From: Candidatus Iainarchaeum sp.
GTDB taxonomy: Archaea > Iainarchaeota > Iainarchaeia > Iainarchaeales > JAFCCW01
Reading direction: 5' to 3'
DNA: 36,262 nucleotides
Assembly: GCA_017609985.1 (NCBI GenBank)
Contig: JAFCCW010000017.1
Span: forward strand, 1-36,262
Each line of letters starts with the position of its first letter. Position 1 is the first letter of the stretch. The notes below the pieces were generated by a model, which made no database searches, was not told the origin of the DNA, and saw only the letters and a list, made by a program, of their open reading frames with translations. Position numbers and translations under genes: made by a program. This document shows, one piece after another, positions 16,936 to 27,263 of the stretch.

Positions 16936-17940
16936 CTACTCTTGCTTTTCTTTATTTTCCTTTATTGCTTCGTCATATACTTTGATTAATTTTTTCACAT
17001 GGTTTTCTGCAGAAAATTTTTGTGATTTTTCAAAGGATAGATTTCCAAGTTTTTTTCTTTCCTTCTCGTTTTTCAGAATGCTCGAAATTTTTTCTGCAAG
17101 ATCCTTGTTGTCATTGAAGTAAACTGCAAAGTCTTTGAAGTTGTCAAGCACTTCAAGGTTGCGGACAATAACAGGAAGCTTGCAAAAAGCTGCTTCAACA
17201 ATTGTTAACCCAAATGTTTCAGAATAGCTTGGAGAAACAAACAAGTCTGCTGCATTGTATGCTGAAGCAAGTTCTTCATAAGAACAGTAACCTGGAAACA
17301 AAACATTCTTTTGTTCCTTCATTATTTTTTTGATTCTTCTTCTTCCACTCATTGTCTTGAAGGGGGGAACGGCACCAACCCATACAAAGTTGTATTCAGG
17401 AAGCTGTTTTGCAACCTCTACAAAATCAAAAACACCTTTTCTTTTCTGTACCGAGGCAATTGATAAAACAATCTTTTTTCTGAGACCATGCTTTTTTTTG
17501 AATTCTTCTCCTAGTTTTTTGTTTTGATGAAACATTTTTTCATCAACAGGCAGAGCAAGAGGCACAATCTTGTCTTCAAATCCTTTTTCTTTAAGTTCAT
17601 TAATAAGCTGTGAACCAGTGCAAAGAATTTTGTCACAACGCGAGTAATAAAACTCAAGATATTTGGGAGACAGTTTTACAAGAGGTTTTGGCAATAAGCC
17701 ATCAAGCTCTCGCGAAGTCATGTTTGTAGTGCAAACAAAGGGAAGCTTTCTGAAAGCAATGTTGGAGAAAAAAAAAGTTGTTGGAAGAGGATTGTGAAAA
17801 TGCACTAAGTCAAAACCTGTTCCATCAAAATTGTCAGTCTCCACATTGATTCCTTTTTCTTCAAGTTTTGATGCCAGGGTTTTTGCAGAAGTAGTGATTC
17901 CAGAATCAGCACCTGCAGAAACAACAAACAGAACTTTCAT
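16936..17940 (-). CDS. Glycosyltransferase family 4 (GT-B)
   Basis: RKG, YNAADLFVSPSYSETFGLTIVEA (EX7E) motifs. Confidence 0.92.
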   Translation of the reverse strand: MKVLFVVSAGADSGITTSAKTLASKLEEKGINVETDNFDGTGFDLVHFHNPLPTTFFFSNIAFRKLPFVCTTNMTSRELDGLLPKPLVKLSPKYLEFYYSRCDKILCTGSQLINELKEKGFEDKIVPLALPVDEKMFHQNKKLGEEFKKKHGLRKKIVLSIASVQKRKGVFDFVEVAKQLPEYNFVWVGAVPPFKTMSGRRRIKKIMKEQKNVLFPGYCSYEELASAYNAADLFVSPSYSETFGLTIVEAAFCKLPVIVRNLEVLDNFKDFAVYFNDNKDLAEKISSILKNEKERKKLGNLSFEKSQKFSAENHVKKLIKVYDEAIKENKEKQE

Positions 17941-17987
17941 TTAAATCAAAAGAAAAAGGTGTTAAATATATTAAAATCTATACTGTT

Positions 17988-18410
17988 CTAAGAGAACCAG
18001 GAAAAAACTATTCTCGGCACAAAATAGGCTGGGCTGGACAATTGATTAACATATCCTGAAGAAGAATATCTTGGATCCTCATGACATGGCTGAACATAAT
18101 TCTGTCCAGAATAGTATGTTGAATAAGAATAGTATCCTGAAGAGCCGGAGGGATAATAGCTCAAAGGATAATATCCTGTGGAATAGGAGTAGTAGCCAGA
18201 AGAATATTCATAATGATAACCTGAGTAATAAGACGGATATTGAAAGCCTGAACCAGAATAATAGCCAGCATAATAGTCTGGATAAGTATAATATGCATTC
18301 TCTGGCACGTAATTATAGCTGTTATAATACGCAAGCCCAGTGTTTGCAAGCAACAGCACTGCAAATGCCAGAACAACAAATTTCAAATCCACGAAAACAC
18401 CACTACTCAA
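17988..18410 (-). CDS. Tyr/Ser/Gly-rich low-complexity secreted or membrane-anchored protein
   Basis: N-terminal hydrophobic segment followed by repeated YYSG/YSSGY units. Confidence 0.65.
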   Translation of the reverse strand: MSSGVFVDLKFVVLAFAVLLLANTGLAYYNSYNYVPENAYYTYPDYYAGYYSGSGFQYPSYYSGYHYEYSSGYYSYSTGYYPLSYYPSGSSGYYSYSTYYSGQNYVQPCHEDPRYSSSGYVNQLSSPAYFVPRIVFSWFS

Positions 18411-18508
18411 GACATCTATTAACTATACTCAGTTACTAATATGTGTGGTTTCCCCTATTTAAGGATATGTTACTCAAAAAAAAACGAAAAAAGTAGAAAT
18501 TGCGTGAG

Positions 18509-18640
18509 CTAGGATCTTGCTTTTTCTCTAAGCCTTCTTTTCTTGCGCTGCTGTCTTCTGGTCTTCTTTTTTTTCCATTTCCAGCGCTGTCTCGCTTTAG
18601 TCTTCTTGAACCGAGACGAATCCTTGCTTCTTGTACCCAT
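18509..18640 (-). CDS. rpl41e: Ribosomal protein eL41 (eS32)
   Basis: MGTRSKDSSRFKKTKARQRWKWKKKKTRRQQRKKRRLREKARS; GGTGA SD before ATG 18640. Confidence 0.8.
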   Translation of the reverse strand: MGTRSKDSSRFKKTKARQRWKWKKKKTRRQQRKKRRLREKARS

Positions 18641-18780
18641 TAACTCACCAAATAATCTGCTAAAAACAGCGATATTAATTAGAATAGGAAGCATTTAAAA
18701 AGCTTGCTTGAATCTCTATTTTGAATTACTTTTCTAGCATACAATTAATAATAAAATAAACCTATTCTTTTTCGGATAAC

Positions 18781-19836
18781 ATGGTTGCAATTGAATTGAT
18801 TTCTGCAGTATTCGGTCTCATAATTCTCTTAAAGGGAAGCGACTGGTTTGTTGATAGCGCAGCAAGCATCGCAAAACAATATGGAATAAGTGAACTAGTA
18901 ATTGGGTTAACAATTGTCGCAATCGGGACCTCTCTTCCTGAACTTGCAACAGGAATTGCTGCTTCTTTCACAGGCAACAGCGGATTAGTAATGGGTAATG
19001 TGCTTGGAAGCAATATTGCAAACATTGGACTAGTACTTGGTATTGGCGCACTACTTGGAACATTCACGGTTGACAGAATCGTGTTTAAAAGAGACGCACG
19101 CTTCCTTCTTTTCACTGGGTTGCTTTTTGCATTTGTTTCAATCGATGGAGTAATCTCTACAATAGAGGGAGTTGCCTTGTTTTTCCTCTTCATTCTTTAC
19201 CTTGCTTATTTTATTCTTTCAAAAAAGAAGCTCTACTTTATTTTTTATTTGGGAAAATACTTCAAACATGAGCTGTTCAGAGCAAGAGTTGAAGAAATAA
19301 AACCAGGAGTTGACTACAATGACTTCAAAAGTATTTCTCTGCGAATCTTTCACGAAATGAAAAAATTTCATCTCAGTTTCTTCATTGCAAAAAGTTTTCT
19401 TATAATAGCAGTTTCGCTTCTGATGATTGTTCTTGGAGCAGACATTCTAGTTGAGAGTGCTTCGTCTCTTGCACATAACATAGGAGTTTCAAATGAACTG
19501 CTTGGATTTACCCTAATTGCACTCGGAACATCTTTGCCAGAAGTAGCGGTTTCTCTTACTGCAGTAAGAAAGGGATTGCACAGTATAATGATTGGAAACA
19601 TTCTCGGAAGCAATATCTCCAATATTCTCTTAGTCATTGGATTCTCTGCACTAATTCGCCCAATCACTGTTCTGCCAACAGAAATTGTTTTCGGAATACC
19701 CTTTATGCTTTTACTTTCAGTGCTTTTGATTTTTCTAACAGAACAAGACTGGAAGCTTTCAAAAAAAGAGGGACTTATTTTAGTCTCAAGCTATCTGCTA
19801 TTTTTAATAGTCTATGCGCCAATGCTTGTAGCCTAA
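18781..19836 (+). CDS. Calcium/sodium antiporter (CaCA, YrbG-like)
   Basis: Two alpha repeats GTSLPE...GNxLGSNI. Confidence 0.93.
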   Translation: MVAIELISAVFGLIILLKGSDWFVDSAASIAKQYGISELVIGLTIVAIGTSLPELATGIAASFTGNSGLVMGNVLGSNIANIGLVLGIGALLGTFTVDRIVFKRDARFLLFTGLLFAFVSIDGVISTIEGVALFFLFILYLAYFILSKKKLYFIFYLGKYFKHELFRARVEEIKPGVDYNDFKSISLRIFHEMKKFHLSFFIAKSFLIIAVSLLMIVLGADILVESASSLAHNIGVSNELLGFTLIALGTSLPEVAVSLTAVRKGLHSIMIGNILGSNISNILLVIGFSALIRPITVLPTEIVFGIPFMLLLSVLLIFLTEQDWKLSKKEGLILVSSYLLFLIVYAPMLVA

Positions 19837-19880
19837 AATAAAAAAAAATAGAAGCTGAATGTTCAGCAACTAATCTATTA

Positions 19881-20450
19881 TTACTCTTTAATTATTTCAA
19901 CAATCTTTATCCAGAATTCCAAAGTCTTCCCAGCCATTGGGTGACCAAATTCAACTGTTGCAATTTCTCCCTCTATTGCAATTACTTTTCCTTGCTGTCC
20001 AGCGGAAGTATAAACTGCTGTTCCAACTTTTACTTCATTCACATCTCCAATCTGTTCAACTGGAATCTCTATCTTTTGACCGTCTCCCTCTTTTCCATAA
20101 GCGTCTTCAGGAGGAATTATAACAGTTTTTTCTTCGTTAAGTTTCATTCCCATAACTGCATCATCAAAACCTTTTATCATTTGCCCAGCACCCGCAACAA
20201 ATTCCAAAGGGCCTCTTCCCTCACTCTTGTCAAAAACTTCTCCTTCTGGAAATTTTCCAACATACTCTACTTTCACTGAATCTCCTTTTTCAACTATATC
20301 CACACTATTCCCTCCAGAGTAAGAACTTTGTTTAGAAACATTGTTGTCTAAGCCCTGATTTTTTCCAGTGCCTTCTCCCAGAACACAGCCTGCTAAAACA
20401 AGCAACAATGCCAGTCCAAAAACCAATTCCTTTTTCTTTACTAAATTCAT
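19881..20450 (-). CDS. FKBP-type peptidyl-prolyl isomerase (SlyD-like) with lipoprotein signal
   Basis: Lipobox LAGC; GEVFDKS, PLEF..G.GQMIKGF, PPEDAYG, HPMAGKTLEF. Confidence 0.9.
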   Translation of the reverse strand: MNLVKKKELVFGLALLLVLAGCVLGEGTGKNQGLDNNVSKQSSYSGGNSVDIVEKGDSVKVEYVGKFPEGEVFDKSEGRGPLEFVAGAGQMIKGFDDAVMGMKLNEEKTVIIPPEDAYGKEGDGQKIEIPVEQIGDVNEVKVGTAVYTSAGQQGKVIAIEGEIATVEFGHPMAGKTLEFWIKIVEIIKE

Positions 20451-20453
20451 AAA

Positions 20454-20579
20454 TGCCCCGAGCGGGATTCGAACCCACGTTATCGGCTTTCTTCAAAAAC
20501 TTTTTCTTCCATCTTATTCAAAAAGACAATAGAACTTATTGAAAGGCCGAGGTGCTTGACCGGGCTACACTATCGGGGC
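20454..20579 (-). tRNA. tRNA-Glu(UUC) with 51-nt intron at 37/38 (20489-20539)
   Basis: GCCCCGA/TCGGGGC acceptor stem, TCGGC/GCCGA anticodon stem, CTTT/GAAG central helix with AAA bulge, GGTTCGAATCC T-arm. Confidence 0.92.
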
Positions 20580-20661
20580 ATCACACCATAATTAAACTTT
20601 CAATACAATCCTTTAAATACTTTCGCTTGCTAAATTAGTAAATACTACTTAATGTGATAAC

Positions 20662-20820
20662 ATGGCAAAGTTTGAAGAAGCAGAAGCAAGACTGTTCAAA
20701 AATGTTTGGATTTGTCAGAAATGCAATGCACGCAATCGTGGCAGCGAGGGAAAAAAACCCCCTAAATGCAGAAAATGCAGTGCAAAGAAGCTTAGAAGAA
20801 AAAGAAAAGACAAGAAATAG
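20662..20820 (+). CDS. rpl40e: 50S ribosomal protein eL40
   Basis: Manual translation MAKFEEAEARLFKNVWICQKCNARN...KCRKCSAKKLRRKRKDKK. Confidence 0.92.
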   Translation: MAKFEEAEARLFKNVWICQKCNARNRGSEGKKPPKCRKCSAKKLRRKRKDKK

Positions 20821-20908
20821 TGCTTAATTTCTGCTTGTTTTTTCAACAAAATATTTCTCTGAGTCCAGATTACATTCTAATTACATTCTATTCAGATACA
20901 AATATGCC

Positions 20909-21205
20909 CTATGGAGTGTAAGCAACTTCTCCACTAAAGCCATGCGTCCAAGCATCAGCTATATCCGGCAAAACTTTCAAGAATTCCACAATAAGTGGCC
21001 AGATAAGAATAAGCATTCCAATCAGCGCAAGAATAAAAAAAACAAGAATAACACTGGACATAAAAGTATCTTCCCTCTTGTTAGCAACAACTCCCACTCT
21101 CATTCTCCCGCGCTGAAGTCGCTCTTCTTCAAGCTCGTCACGATACCTGCCCCTAACATATTCAGAATAAACCTTTGCCCCATAATCGCGATCGTCCAAT
21201 GGCAT
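20909..21205 (-). CDS. Hypothetical single-pass membrane protein
   Basis: 98 aa, DRDY N-terminus, one long hydrophobic helix. Confidence 0.6.
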   Translation of the reverse strand: MPLDDRDYGAKVYSEYVRGRYRDELEEERLQRGRMRVGVVANKREDTFMSSVILVFFILALIGMLILIWPLIVEFLKVLPDIADAWTHGFSGEVAYTP

Positions 21206-21285
21206 TCAAACCAAAACAAATAGGCAAAACCTGTATTTATTTCTTTTGGAAATAGCCAGATTAAATTATTTTTAATCAATTCAAA

Positions 21286-22251
21286 TTATTCTTTCCGAAA
21301 GTGATCCCATCCAAATCTTTCAAGCTTTTCTTTAACAGAATTTTTTTCAAGAACAACATCACTGCCTTCAACAATTTTTCCAACAACGGTTCCATTAACC
21401 TTGTCAAGATTTTCTTCAGGCACAGTCGCAACAAGAGCATAGTCTTCCCCGCCAAACAAGGCAAAATCTCTTGCATCAAAATTCATTGCCTTGCAGGCTT
21501 CTTCAGCTTCTTTGTGCACTGGAATTTTTTCATGAAAAATTTCCGCACCACACCTGCTTGCATTGCAAATATTTCTTACTTCTGAAGCAACCCCGTCACT
21601 CACATCCTCCATTGCATGCACTAACCCAGCATTCTTCAAACCCCATTCAACATCTGCCTTTGGTTCAAGATACATCTTCTTAACAGAATTAAATCCCTCC
21701 ACTCCCTTCTTGAACAAGTTCCAACCAGAGTGAGCCCCGCCAACAGGTTTGCTTACAACAATGCAATCGCCTGGCTTTGCATTGGAACGCAATGGCAAAT
21801 TATCCAGGCAAGTTTCTCCAACAACAAAAATATCAACCACTATTTGTTCTCCATTTGACATGTTGCCGCCAATTAAATCAACCCCATAATTCTTTCTAGC
21901 CTCGTGAATTCCCGCATACAATTCTTCAAGAAACTCAACCTCTGTTTCCTTTGGAAGAACCAGTGACACAAGAATATATTTTGGAGACGCGCCCATTGAC
22001 CCAATGTCTGAAACATTTGCCTCAACACACTTCATTCCAATTTGCTTTGGAGAAAACCACTTTCTAGAAAAATGATTCTCTTCAACTAAAACATCAGCAG
22101 TAAAAACCATTTTTTTTCCAGAAGTACTTACAACTGCAGCATCATCTCCAATTCCAACAAGAACATTGCTATTGTTGCATTCTTCAGAAATCTTTTCAAT
22201 TAATTCACTTTCCTTAAAATCGCTAAGTTTTTTCTTCACAAAAACCACCAT
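21286..22251 (-). CDS. thiL: Thiamine-monophosphate kinase
   Basis: GIGDDAAV, ANVSDIGSMGA, LIGGN, DVSDG, GGEDY. Confidence 0.95.
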   Translation of the reverse strand: MVVFVKKKLSDFKESELIEKISEECNNSNVLVGIGDDAAVVSTSGKKMVFTADVLVEENHFSRKWFSPKQIGMKCVEANVSDIGSMGASPKYILVSLVLPKETEVEFLEELYAGIHEARKNYGVDLIGGNMSNGEQIVVDIFVVGETCLDNLPLRSNAKPGDCIVVSKPVGGAHSGWNLFKKGVEGFNSVKKMYLEPKADVEWGLKNAGLVHAMEDVSDGVASEVRNICNASRCGAEIFHEKIPVHKEAEEACKAMNFDARDFALFGGEDYALVATVPEENLDKVNGTVVGKIVEGSDVVLEKNSVKEKLERFGWDHFRKE

Positions 22252-23522
22252 TATTCATCAGCAGCCTTTTCAGCACCAGTATCCCTCAGCGGGCAGAATT
22301 CCCCGCACATAGTGCACTCTTTTTCTTCCCCAACCTCTGACTCTTTTCTGTATTTTTTTGCTTTCTCTGGGTCAATTGCCAGCTTGAACATTTTGTCCCA
22401 GTCAAGATTCTTTCTAGCATCGCTCATTTCATTGTCCCAATCGCTGGCTCCCTTAAGCCCCTTTGCAACATCAGCAGCATGTCCCGCGATTCTTGCGGCA
22501 ATAATTCCTTCCTTAACATCTTCCTTAGATGGAAGGCGCAGGTGCTCTGCAGGAGTAACATAGCATAAAAAAGCAGCACCGTTTGAAGCAGCTACCGCCC
22601 CTCCAATCGCAGCAGTTATGTGATCGTATCCTGGAGCAATGTCTGTTACCACTGGCCCAAGAACATAGAAAGGATACGGACCGCAATATTTTTTCTTCAA
22701 ATCCATGCTTTCCTTAACCATGTTCAAAGGAATATGTCCTGGCCCCTCAATCATTACCTGAACTCCTTTCTCAAAAGCTCGGTCTGCAAGCTCTCCTAAT
22801 AATTTCATTTCAGAAATCATTGCCTCGTCATTTGCATCAAAAATACTGCCTGGTCTCAAGCCATCTCCAAGACTAAAACTTACATCATATTCTAAAGCAA
22901 TTTCTATTAACTCATCAAAACGCTCAAGCAATGGATTCTCTTCACCAGTCATCTTCATCCAGTTAAGAGTAATTGCACCGCCCCTACTCACAATTCCAGT
23001 CTTTCTTTTTTCAACCAATGGAATTGCATTTCTTGAAACACCTGAATGAATTGTAACAAAATCAACTCCCTGAACAGCATGCTTTCTGACAGCTTCAACA
23101 AAGTCATCTGAAACCATGTTCTTGATTCCCTTTTTCGCAATCGCCTGATAAACTGGAACTGTTCCAAGGGGAACAGGGCATTTTTCCAAAATAGCTTTTC
23201 TAATTCCATCAATGTCTCCGCCAATGCTCAAGTCCATTACTGCATCAGCTTTTGCATCCAATGCAACAAATAATTTTTCAAGCTCTTCTCCCTTCTCAGA
23301 GCTGAGCGGAGAAGCACCAATATTTGCATTAACCTTTGTTGAAAGCTTTTCACTCACAGCAATTGCGCTAAGGCTTGAGTGATTTTTGTTTGCTGGAACA
23401 ACAGCCAAGCCCTGTTTCAATAATTCAATTATTTCCTCCGGCTTGACCTTGTCTCTTTTTGCAGCTTCCTTAATCTGCTTTGTTACAATTCCCTGTCTAG
23501 CACTTTCAAGCTGTGTTGTCAT
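22251..23522 (-). CDS. thiC: Phosphomethylpyrimidine synthase
   Basis: KVNANIG, MDLS, GTVPVYQ, SRGG, SLGDGLRPG, EGPGH, C-terminal CTMCGEFC. Confidence 0.97.
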   Translation of the reverse strand: MTTQLESARQGIVTKQIKEAAKRDKVKPEEIIELLKQGLAVVPANKNHSSLSAIAVSEKLSTKVNANIGASPLSSEKGEELEKLFVALDAKADAVMDLSIGGDIDGIRKAILEKCPVPLGTVPVYQAIAKKGIKNMVSDDFVEAVRKHAVQGVDFVTIHSGVSRNAIPLVEKRKTGIVSRGGAITLNWMKMTGEENPLLERFDELIEIALEYDVSFSLGDGLRPGSIFDANDEAMISEMKLLGELADRAFEKGVQVMIEGPGHIPLNMVKESMDLKKKYCGPYPFYVLGPVVTDIAPGYDHITAAIGGAVAASNGAAFLCYVTPAEHLRLPSKEDVKEGIIAARIAGHAADVAKGLKGASDWDNEMSDARKNLDWDKMFKLAIDPEKAKKYRKESEVGEEKECTMCGEFCPLRDTGAEKAADE

Positions 23523-24126
23523 AAAAAATCCCCCTTAACTCAGCAACCTTTCCAGCAATATCATCTGATTCAAGAATTTCAGAAACAATTGCTACTGCAT
23601 CAGCTCCTGCATTCGCAACCTCAGAAATATTCTCAGAATTTATTCCGCCAATTGCAACAACCGGTAAAGAAACAGCGTCTTTTACTTCGCTGATTAATTC
23701 AACACCTGATGCATTTCCAGCATCCTGTTTTGTCGCAGTCTGAAAAATTGGAGAAACACTCACATGATGCACTCCACATTTTTCTGCAACAACAGCTTCT
23801 TCAACAGTGTGAACAGTAACACCAACTTCTCCTGAAAAAATCTGTCTAACAGTCTCAACAGGCAAGTCATCCTGTCCAACATGAACACCCAGTGCATTAA
23901 CTGCCAGAGCCCAGTCGATTCTGTTGTTAACCAAAAGTGGAACAGAAGATTGAGCGCAAACTTCAGAGATTTCTTCCAACTCATGAAATGCTTCTGCATC
24001 ACAAAGCTCTTTTTCGCGATACTGAACGAGCTCGGCACCACCCTCTATTGCAGACAGCACAGTCTCTGGAACAGGGACTCTTGAAAGAGACCTGTCAGTA
24101 ACAAAATAGATTCCGGAAATTTTCAT
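23506..24126 (-). CDS. thiE: Thiamine-phosphate synthase (ThiE type)
   Basis: VQYREK, GVHVGQDD, PIFQTATK, VAIGGI. Confidence 0.95.
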   Translation of the reverse strand: MKISGIYFVTDRSLSRVPVPETVLSAIEGGAELVQYREKELCDAEAFHELEEISEVCAQSSVPLLVNNRIDWALAVNALGVHVGQDDLPVETVRQIFSGEVGVTVHTVEEAVVAEKCGVHHVSVSPIFQTATKQDAGNASGVELISEVKDAVSLPVVAIGGINSENISEVANAGADAVAIVSEILESDDIAGKVAELRGIFYDNTA

Positions 24127-24152
24127 TCAAACCACTCTCCCCAGCCAAGCAT

Positions 24153-24971
24153 TCATTTAACAACCTCTGCCTTGCTCATTGAATCTGCCTGCTCCGCTGT
24201 CAGACTATAAACCCTGTCAAAGAAACTAACTTTGAATGAAGCAGGTGCTTTTGACTCCTGTGCTGCCAGCTCTCCGGCAACACCATAACAGGCTAGAGCA
24301 GACGCAGATGCAACAGCATAGTCTTTTTCAACTGCAGCAAAACATCCAATTACTGAAGCAGACATACAACCAGTTCCAACAAACTCCCCCATCAAAGCAT
24401 GGCCATTTTTTACAACAAAGGTTTTTTTGTTTCCTGAGACAGTGTCCTCTGCACCAGTGACAACTGCAGTGCAGTCTCTTGACGAAGAAAGTTTTTTTGA
24501 AATTTCAACAGCACTTTCTTCAGCACCCATTGACTCAACACCTTTTGTCTCTGCATTAAAGCCAGCAAGTTTTGCAACTTCTGAAATGTTTCCCTTAACT
24601 ATGTCAATTTTTAGCTTGTCCAAAAGCTCTGCTGCTTTTTCATTTCGCATAGAGGTTGCGCCAACTCCAACTGCATCAAGCACTATTGGAATTTTCTTAC
24701 TGTTTGCAACTTTTCCAGCTAACAGCATTGAATCAATTAACTCACTTGTGAGAGTACCAATATTTAGAACAAGGGAAGAAGCAATTCCAGTCATTTCCCC
24801 AACCTCTTCAGAAGCATGAGCCATAACCGGCAAGGCACCAAATGCACGCGTTATGTTAGCGCAATCATAAATAGTTACCCAGTTAGTGATGTGGTGAACA
24901 AGAGGCTTTTCAGAACGCACTCGCTCAAGAAGTTCTCCGCAACCAGACAAATCAGTTTTTTCAGAATCCAT
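24153..24971 (-). CDS. thiM: Hydroxyethylthiazole kinase
   Basis: [35 protein letters not shown]. Confidence 0.96.
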   Translation of the reverse strand: MDSEKTDLSGCGELLERVRSEKPLVHHITNWVTIYDCANITRAFGALPVMAHASEEVGEMTGIASSLVLNIGTLTSELIDSMLLAGKVANSKKIPIVLDAVGVGATSMRNEKAAELLDKLKIDIVKGNISEVAKLAGFNAETKGVESMGAEESAVEISKKLSSSRDCTAVVTGAEDTVSGNKKTFVVKNGHALMGEFVGTGCMSASVIGCFAAVEKDYAVASASALACYGVAGELAAQESKAPASFKVSFFDRVYSLTAEQADSMSKAEVVK

Positions 24972-25113
24972 TAAACCAGCTTCAAAGAAATTTGCATTGA
25001 AAAAATTCTTCCAGCAACATCCTTTAAAAAAAATATATAAACCCGCAACTTACACAAAGCGGTTTAACACAAGGAGTGGGAAAAAAAGAGCGAACCATTA
25101 TTGAAGGATGTCT

Positions 25114-25526
25114 TAAATCCAGTCATCGCCTAAAGAAAAAGTACCATAAACTGGTCTTTTCGGTTTTCTTTTTTTAGATTTTTTCTTAGCTGGCTTTTTT
25201 TAACCACTTTTTTCTTTCTTACTGTTTTTTTTAAAACTTCATAATTGGTGAATCCGAAATTATCTGTTTTTTTTTACTCTGACTTTTCTTTTTGTTTGAT
25301 GAATTTTATCATGACAGTTTGGGCAAACAATGATTATGTTGCTTGGTTTGTTGTCGTTAGGGTTAAGGTTTTTGTGATGCGAATGACCTCTAACACCCAG
25401 TTGTTTAAAAGAACGCTTGCATTTTGCACATTTGCCTTGTTGTGCTTTTAGAATAAGTTGTCTTGGTCCTTTGCTAACAGATTTCCTTTTTTTATTCTCT
25501 TTTCGTTTCAAACTAAGTTTTATCAT
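25114..25526 (-). CDS. HNH endonuclease-like protein with Lys-rich tail (tail broken by two homopolymer indels)
   Basis: CAKC...HSHH...N...N...CPNCH..IH; correcting A-runs at ~25270 and ~25198 gives KTDNFGFTNYEVLKK...KKPAKKKSKKRKPKRPVYGTFSLGDDWI. Confidence 0.65.
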
Positions 25527-27228
25527 TCATAAGAACGAATTGAAATTTTTCAATTTCAAAAAATTTACAGTTTGGAATTCCAATTTTTGTTTCGTGACAT
25601 ATTCCTAACCTGAATTTGTTTGAATTGTATTTTGATTCTGTTTCATTGCTTTCAAGCAAGGTTGTGTTTTGTAGAGTTATGACTTTTGTTGATTCACACA
25701 ACCCCACACTACCACAGGTTAAGTTAGCTATCTTTTTTCCGTTAGTAGTTCCAAGGTAAATTGGTGTATTTTCTAAAAGATCAAATTTTAGTTTGATTAT
25801 TGCTCTTGCGGGTTGTTCTGGAAAAATATCTATAACTTTTGCGTCAATATCTGCAACTACAGGTTGAAATAAAAATGCAATCACGATTGCACTCAAGATA
25901 ACAATTATTGTGATTAGTTTAAGAGCTGAAACTGACCTATGAATGATTTTAGGCGGTTCTGGTGCGGTTCCATCACTTATTAGAATAGGCGTTGTGGTTT
26001 TTGGAGGTGTAACAATTTTTTCATAGTTTATTTTTTTTCTGCCTTTAAGAGCATCAAGAATCTCAAGAAATTTATCATCTTCATCTACTTTATTTGCCCA
26101 ATAGATTGACGCATAGGGGATGCACGGGTGTCCTGATGTTCTCCATAATTCCATAGCTTCTTGCTGTTCTATTCCTGAACCCCTATATGGAGGCATTGAA
26201 GGTGGTTTTGGAAACACGTGTATGTTGCAAAATTTTTCTTTACAATAAGGACATTTTTCAAGTCCTTTTGCTTCAGCACACAAATGATAAGAACAAGAGT
26301 TTTGCGAAATTTTTTTATTTTTTAAAGTATCGTATTCTTTCTTTTTTATGAGTTCATTATACTCTTTTTCAGATTTTTCTCTTTCTTTGTTAAATGACTT
26401 TTTGCCATAATTTTCTTGGTTTACTTCTGATTTAAATTCTTCAACTTTTGATTCAATTTTTTCAATTTTTCTTTTCAAATAATCTTTTCTATGCGCCTGT
26501 TTCACTTCTAAGATTTTTTGTTTAAGCGGAATTATCAACTCTTTTTCTAATTCTTCCTTATACTCCCAGTTTTTAAGTTCATTAAATTCTTTTAATGAAA
26601 ATTCATAAAGTTCAAAAATTTTTTTGATTGCTTTACGCATCGCTTCTTTATTGTCTAATTCACTTTTAACATTAGGAAATGCCCAGATAGAATCCCATAT
26701 CGGTGTTTCAAATGTGTTAATGAAATAATTATTCCCTCCAAACAAGGTTCTGTACTTATCCAAGAAAGGATGAAACACTTTTCTGAACTCAAGTTCAGTA
26801 TTGGTTGTTGGAACTTCAGGATTTGGCTCATTTAAAACTTCTGTTGGTATCTCCCAAGTAAATGGGTGTTTTTTCTTATAGTGCCAGACAGTTTCTTTAA
26901 TTTTGGATAAAGTATTTTCAAACTTGGCTCCGTGATTTTTAACAAATAAATGAGTTAGTTCATGTAGTGCAGTATCTTCAAGTTCATCAAGATTAAGTCC
27001 TTTAAGGATTTGGCGAGAAAAGCATATTTGCCCATATTTTACATTCAAATGGATATGAGCAAGATCTTCATTGGAACTGCCTGGACAAAACCCATCCCAA
27101 AATATTAGCTTGGGTTTATTGACTTTGGTCACTTTTGCTCCTATTTCAATCAATTTCTTAACCCAGTGTTCTTTACACAAAAGAAGGTAATCTTGAAATT
27201 CATCGGAATTCATACCAACTTTATTCAT
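25513..27228 (-). CDS. Multidomain protein: HExxH metalloprotease-like domain, coiled coil, AN1-like Zn finger, TM helix
   Basis: ALHELTHL...NHG..F; CSYHLC...CPYCKEKFCNIH...HPC; LITIIVILSAIVIAFLF. Confidence 0.75.
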   Translation of the reverse strand: MNKVGMNSDEFQDYLLLCKEHWVKKLIEIGAKVTKVNKPKLIFWDGFCPGSSNEDLAHIHLNVKYGQICFSRQILKGLNLDELEDTALHELTHLFVKNHGAKFENTLSKIKETVWHYKKKHPFTWEIPTEVLNEPNPEVPTTNTELEFRKVFHPFLDKYRTLFGGNNYFINTFETPIWDSIWAFPNVKSELDNKEAMRKAIKKIFELYEFSLKEFNELKNWEYKEELEKELIIPLKQKILEVKQAHRKDYLKRKIEKIESKVEEFKSEVNQENYGKKSFNKEREKSEKEYNELIKKKEYDTLKNKKISQNSCSYHLCAEAKGLEKCPYCKEKFCNIHVFPKPPSMPPYRGSGIEQQEAMELWRTSGHPCIPYASIYWANKVDEDDKFLEILDALKGRKKINYEKIVTPPKTTTPILISDGTAPEPPKIIHRSVSALKLITIIVILSAIVIAFLFQPVVADIDAKVIDIFPEQPARAIIKLKFDLLENTPIYLGTTNGKKIANLTCGSVGLCESTKVITLQNTTLLESNETESKYNSNKFRLGICHETKIGIPNCKFFEIEKFQFVLMNDKT

Positions 27229-27263
27229 TGTTTATCACTCAATTATTTTTGAAATAATTCAAA

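Noticed and set aside
20869-20890. Tandem duplication ATTACATTCTA x2
   Set aside because: Only two short AT-rich copies between convergent genes; no further structure
24972-25110. TPP riboswitch upstream of thiM
   Set aside because: No CTGAGA or CCTGA…GCG.AGG core visible on the minus strand
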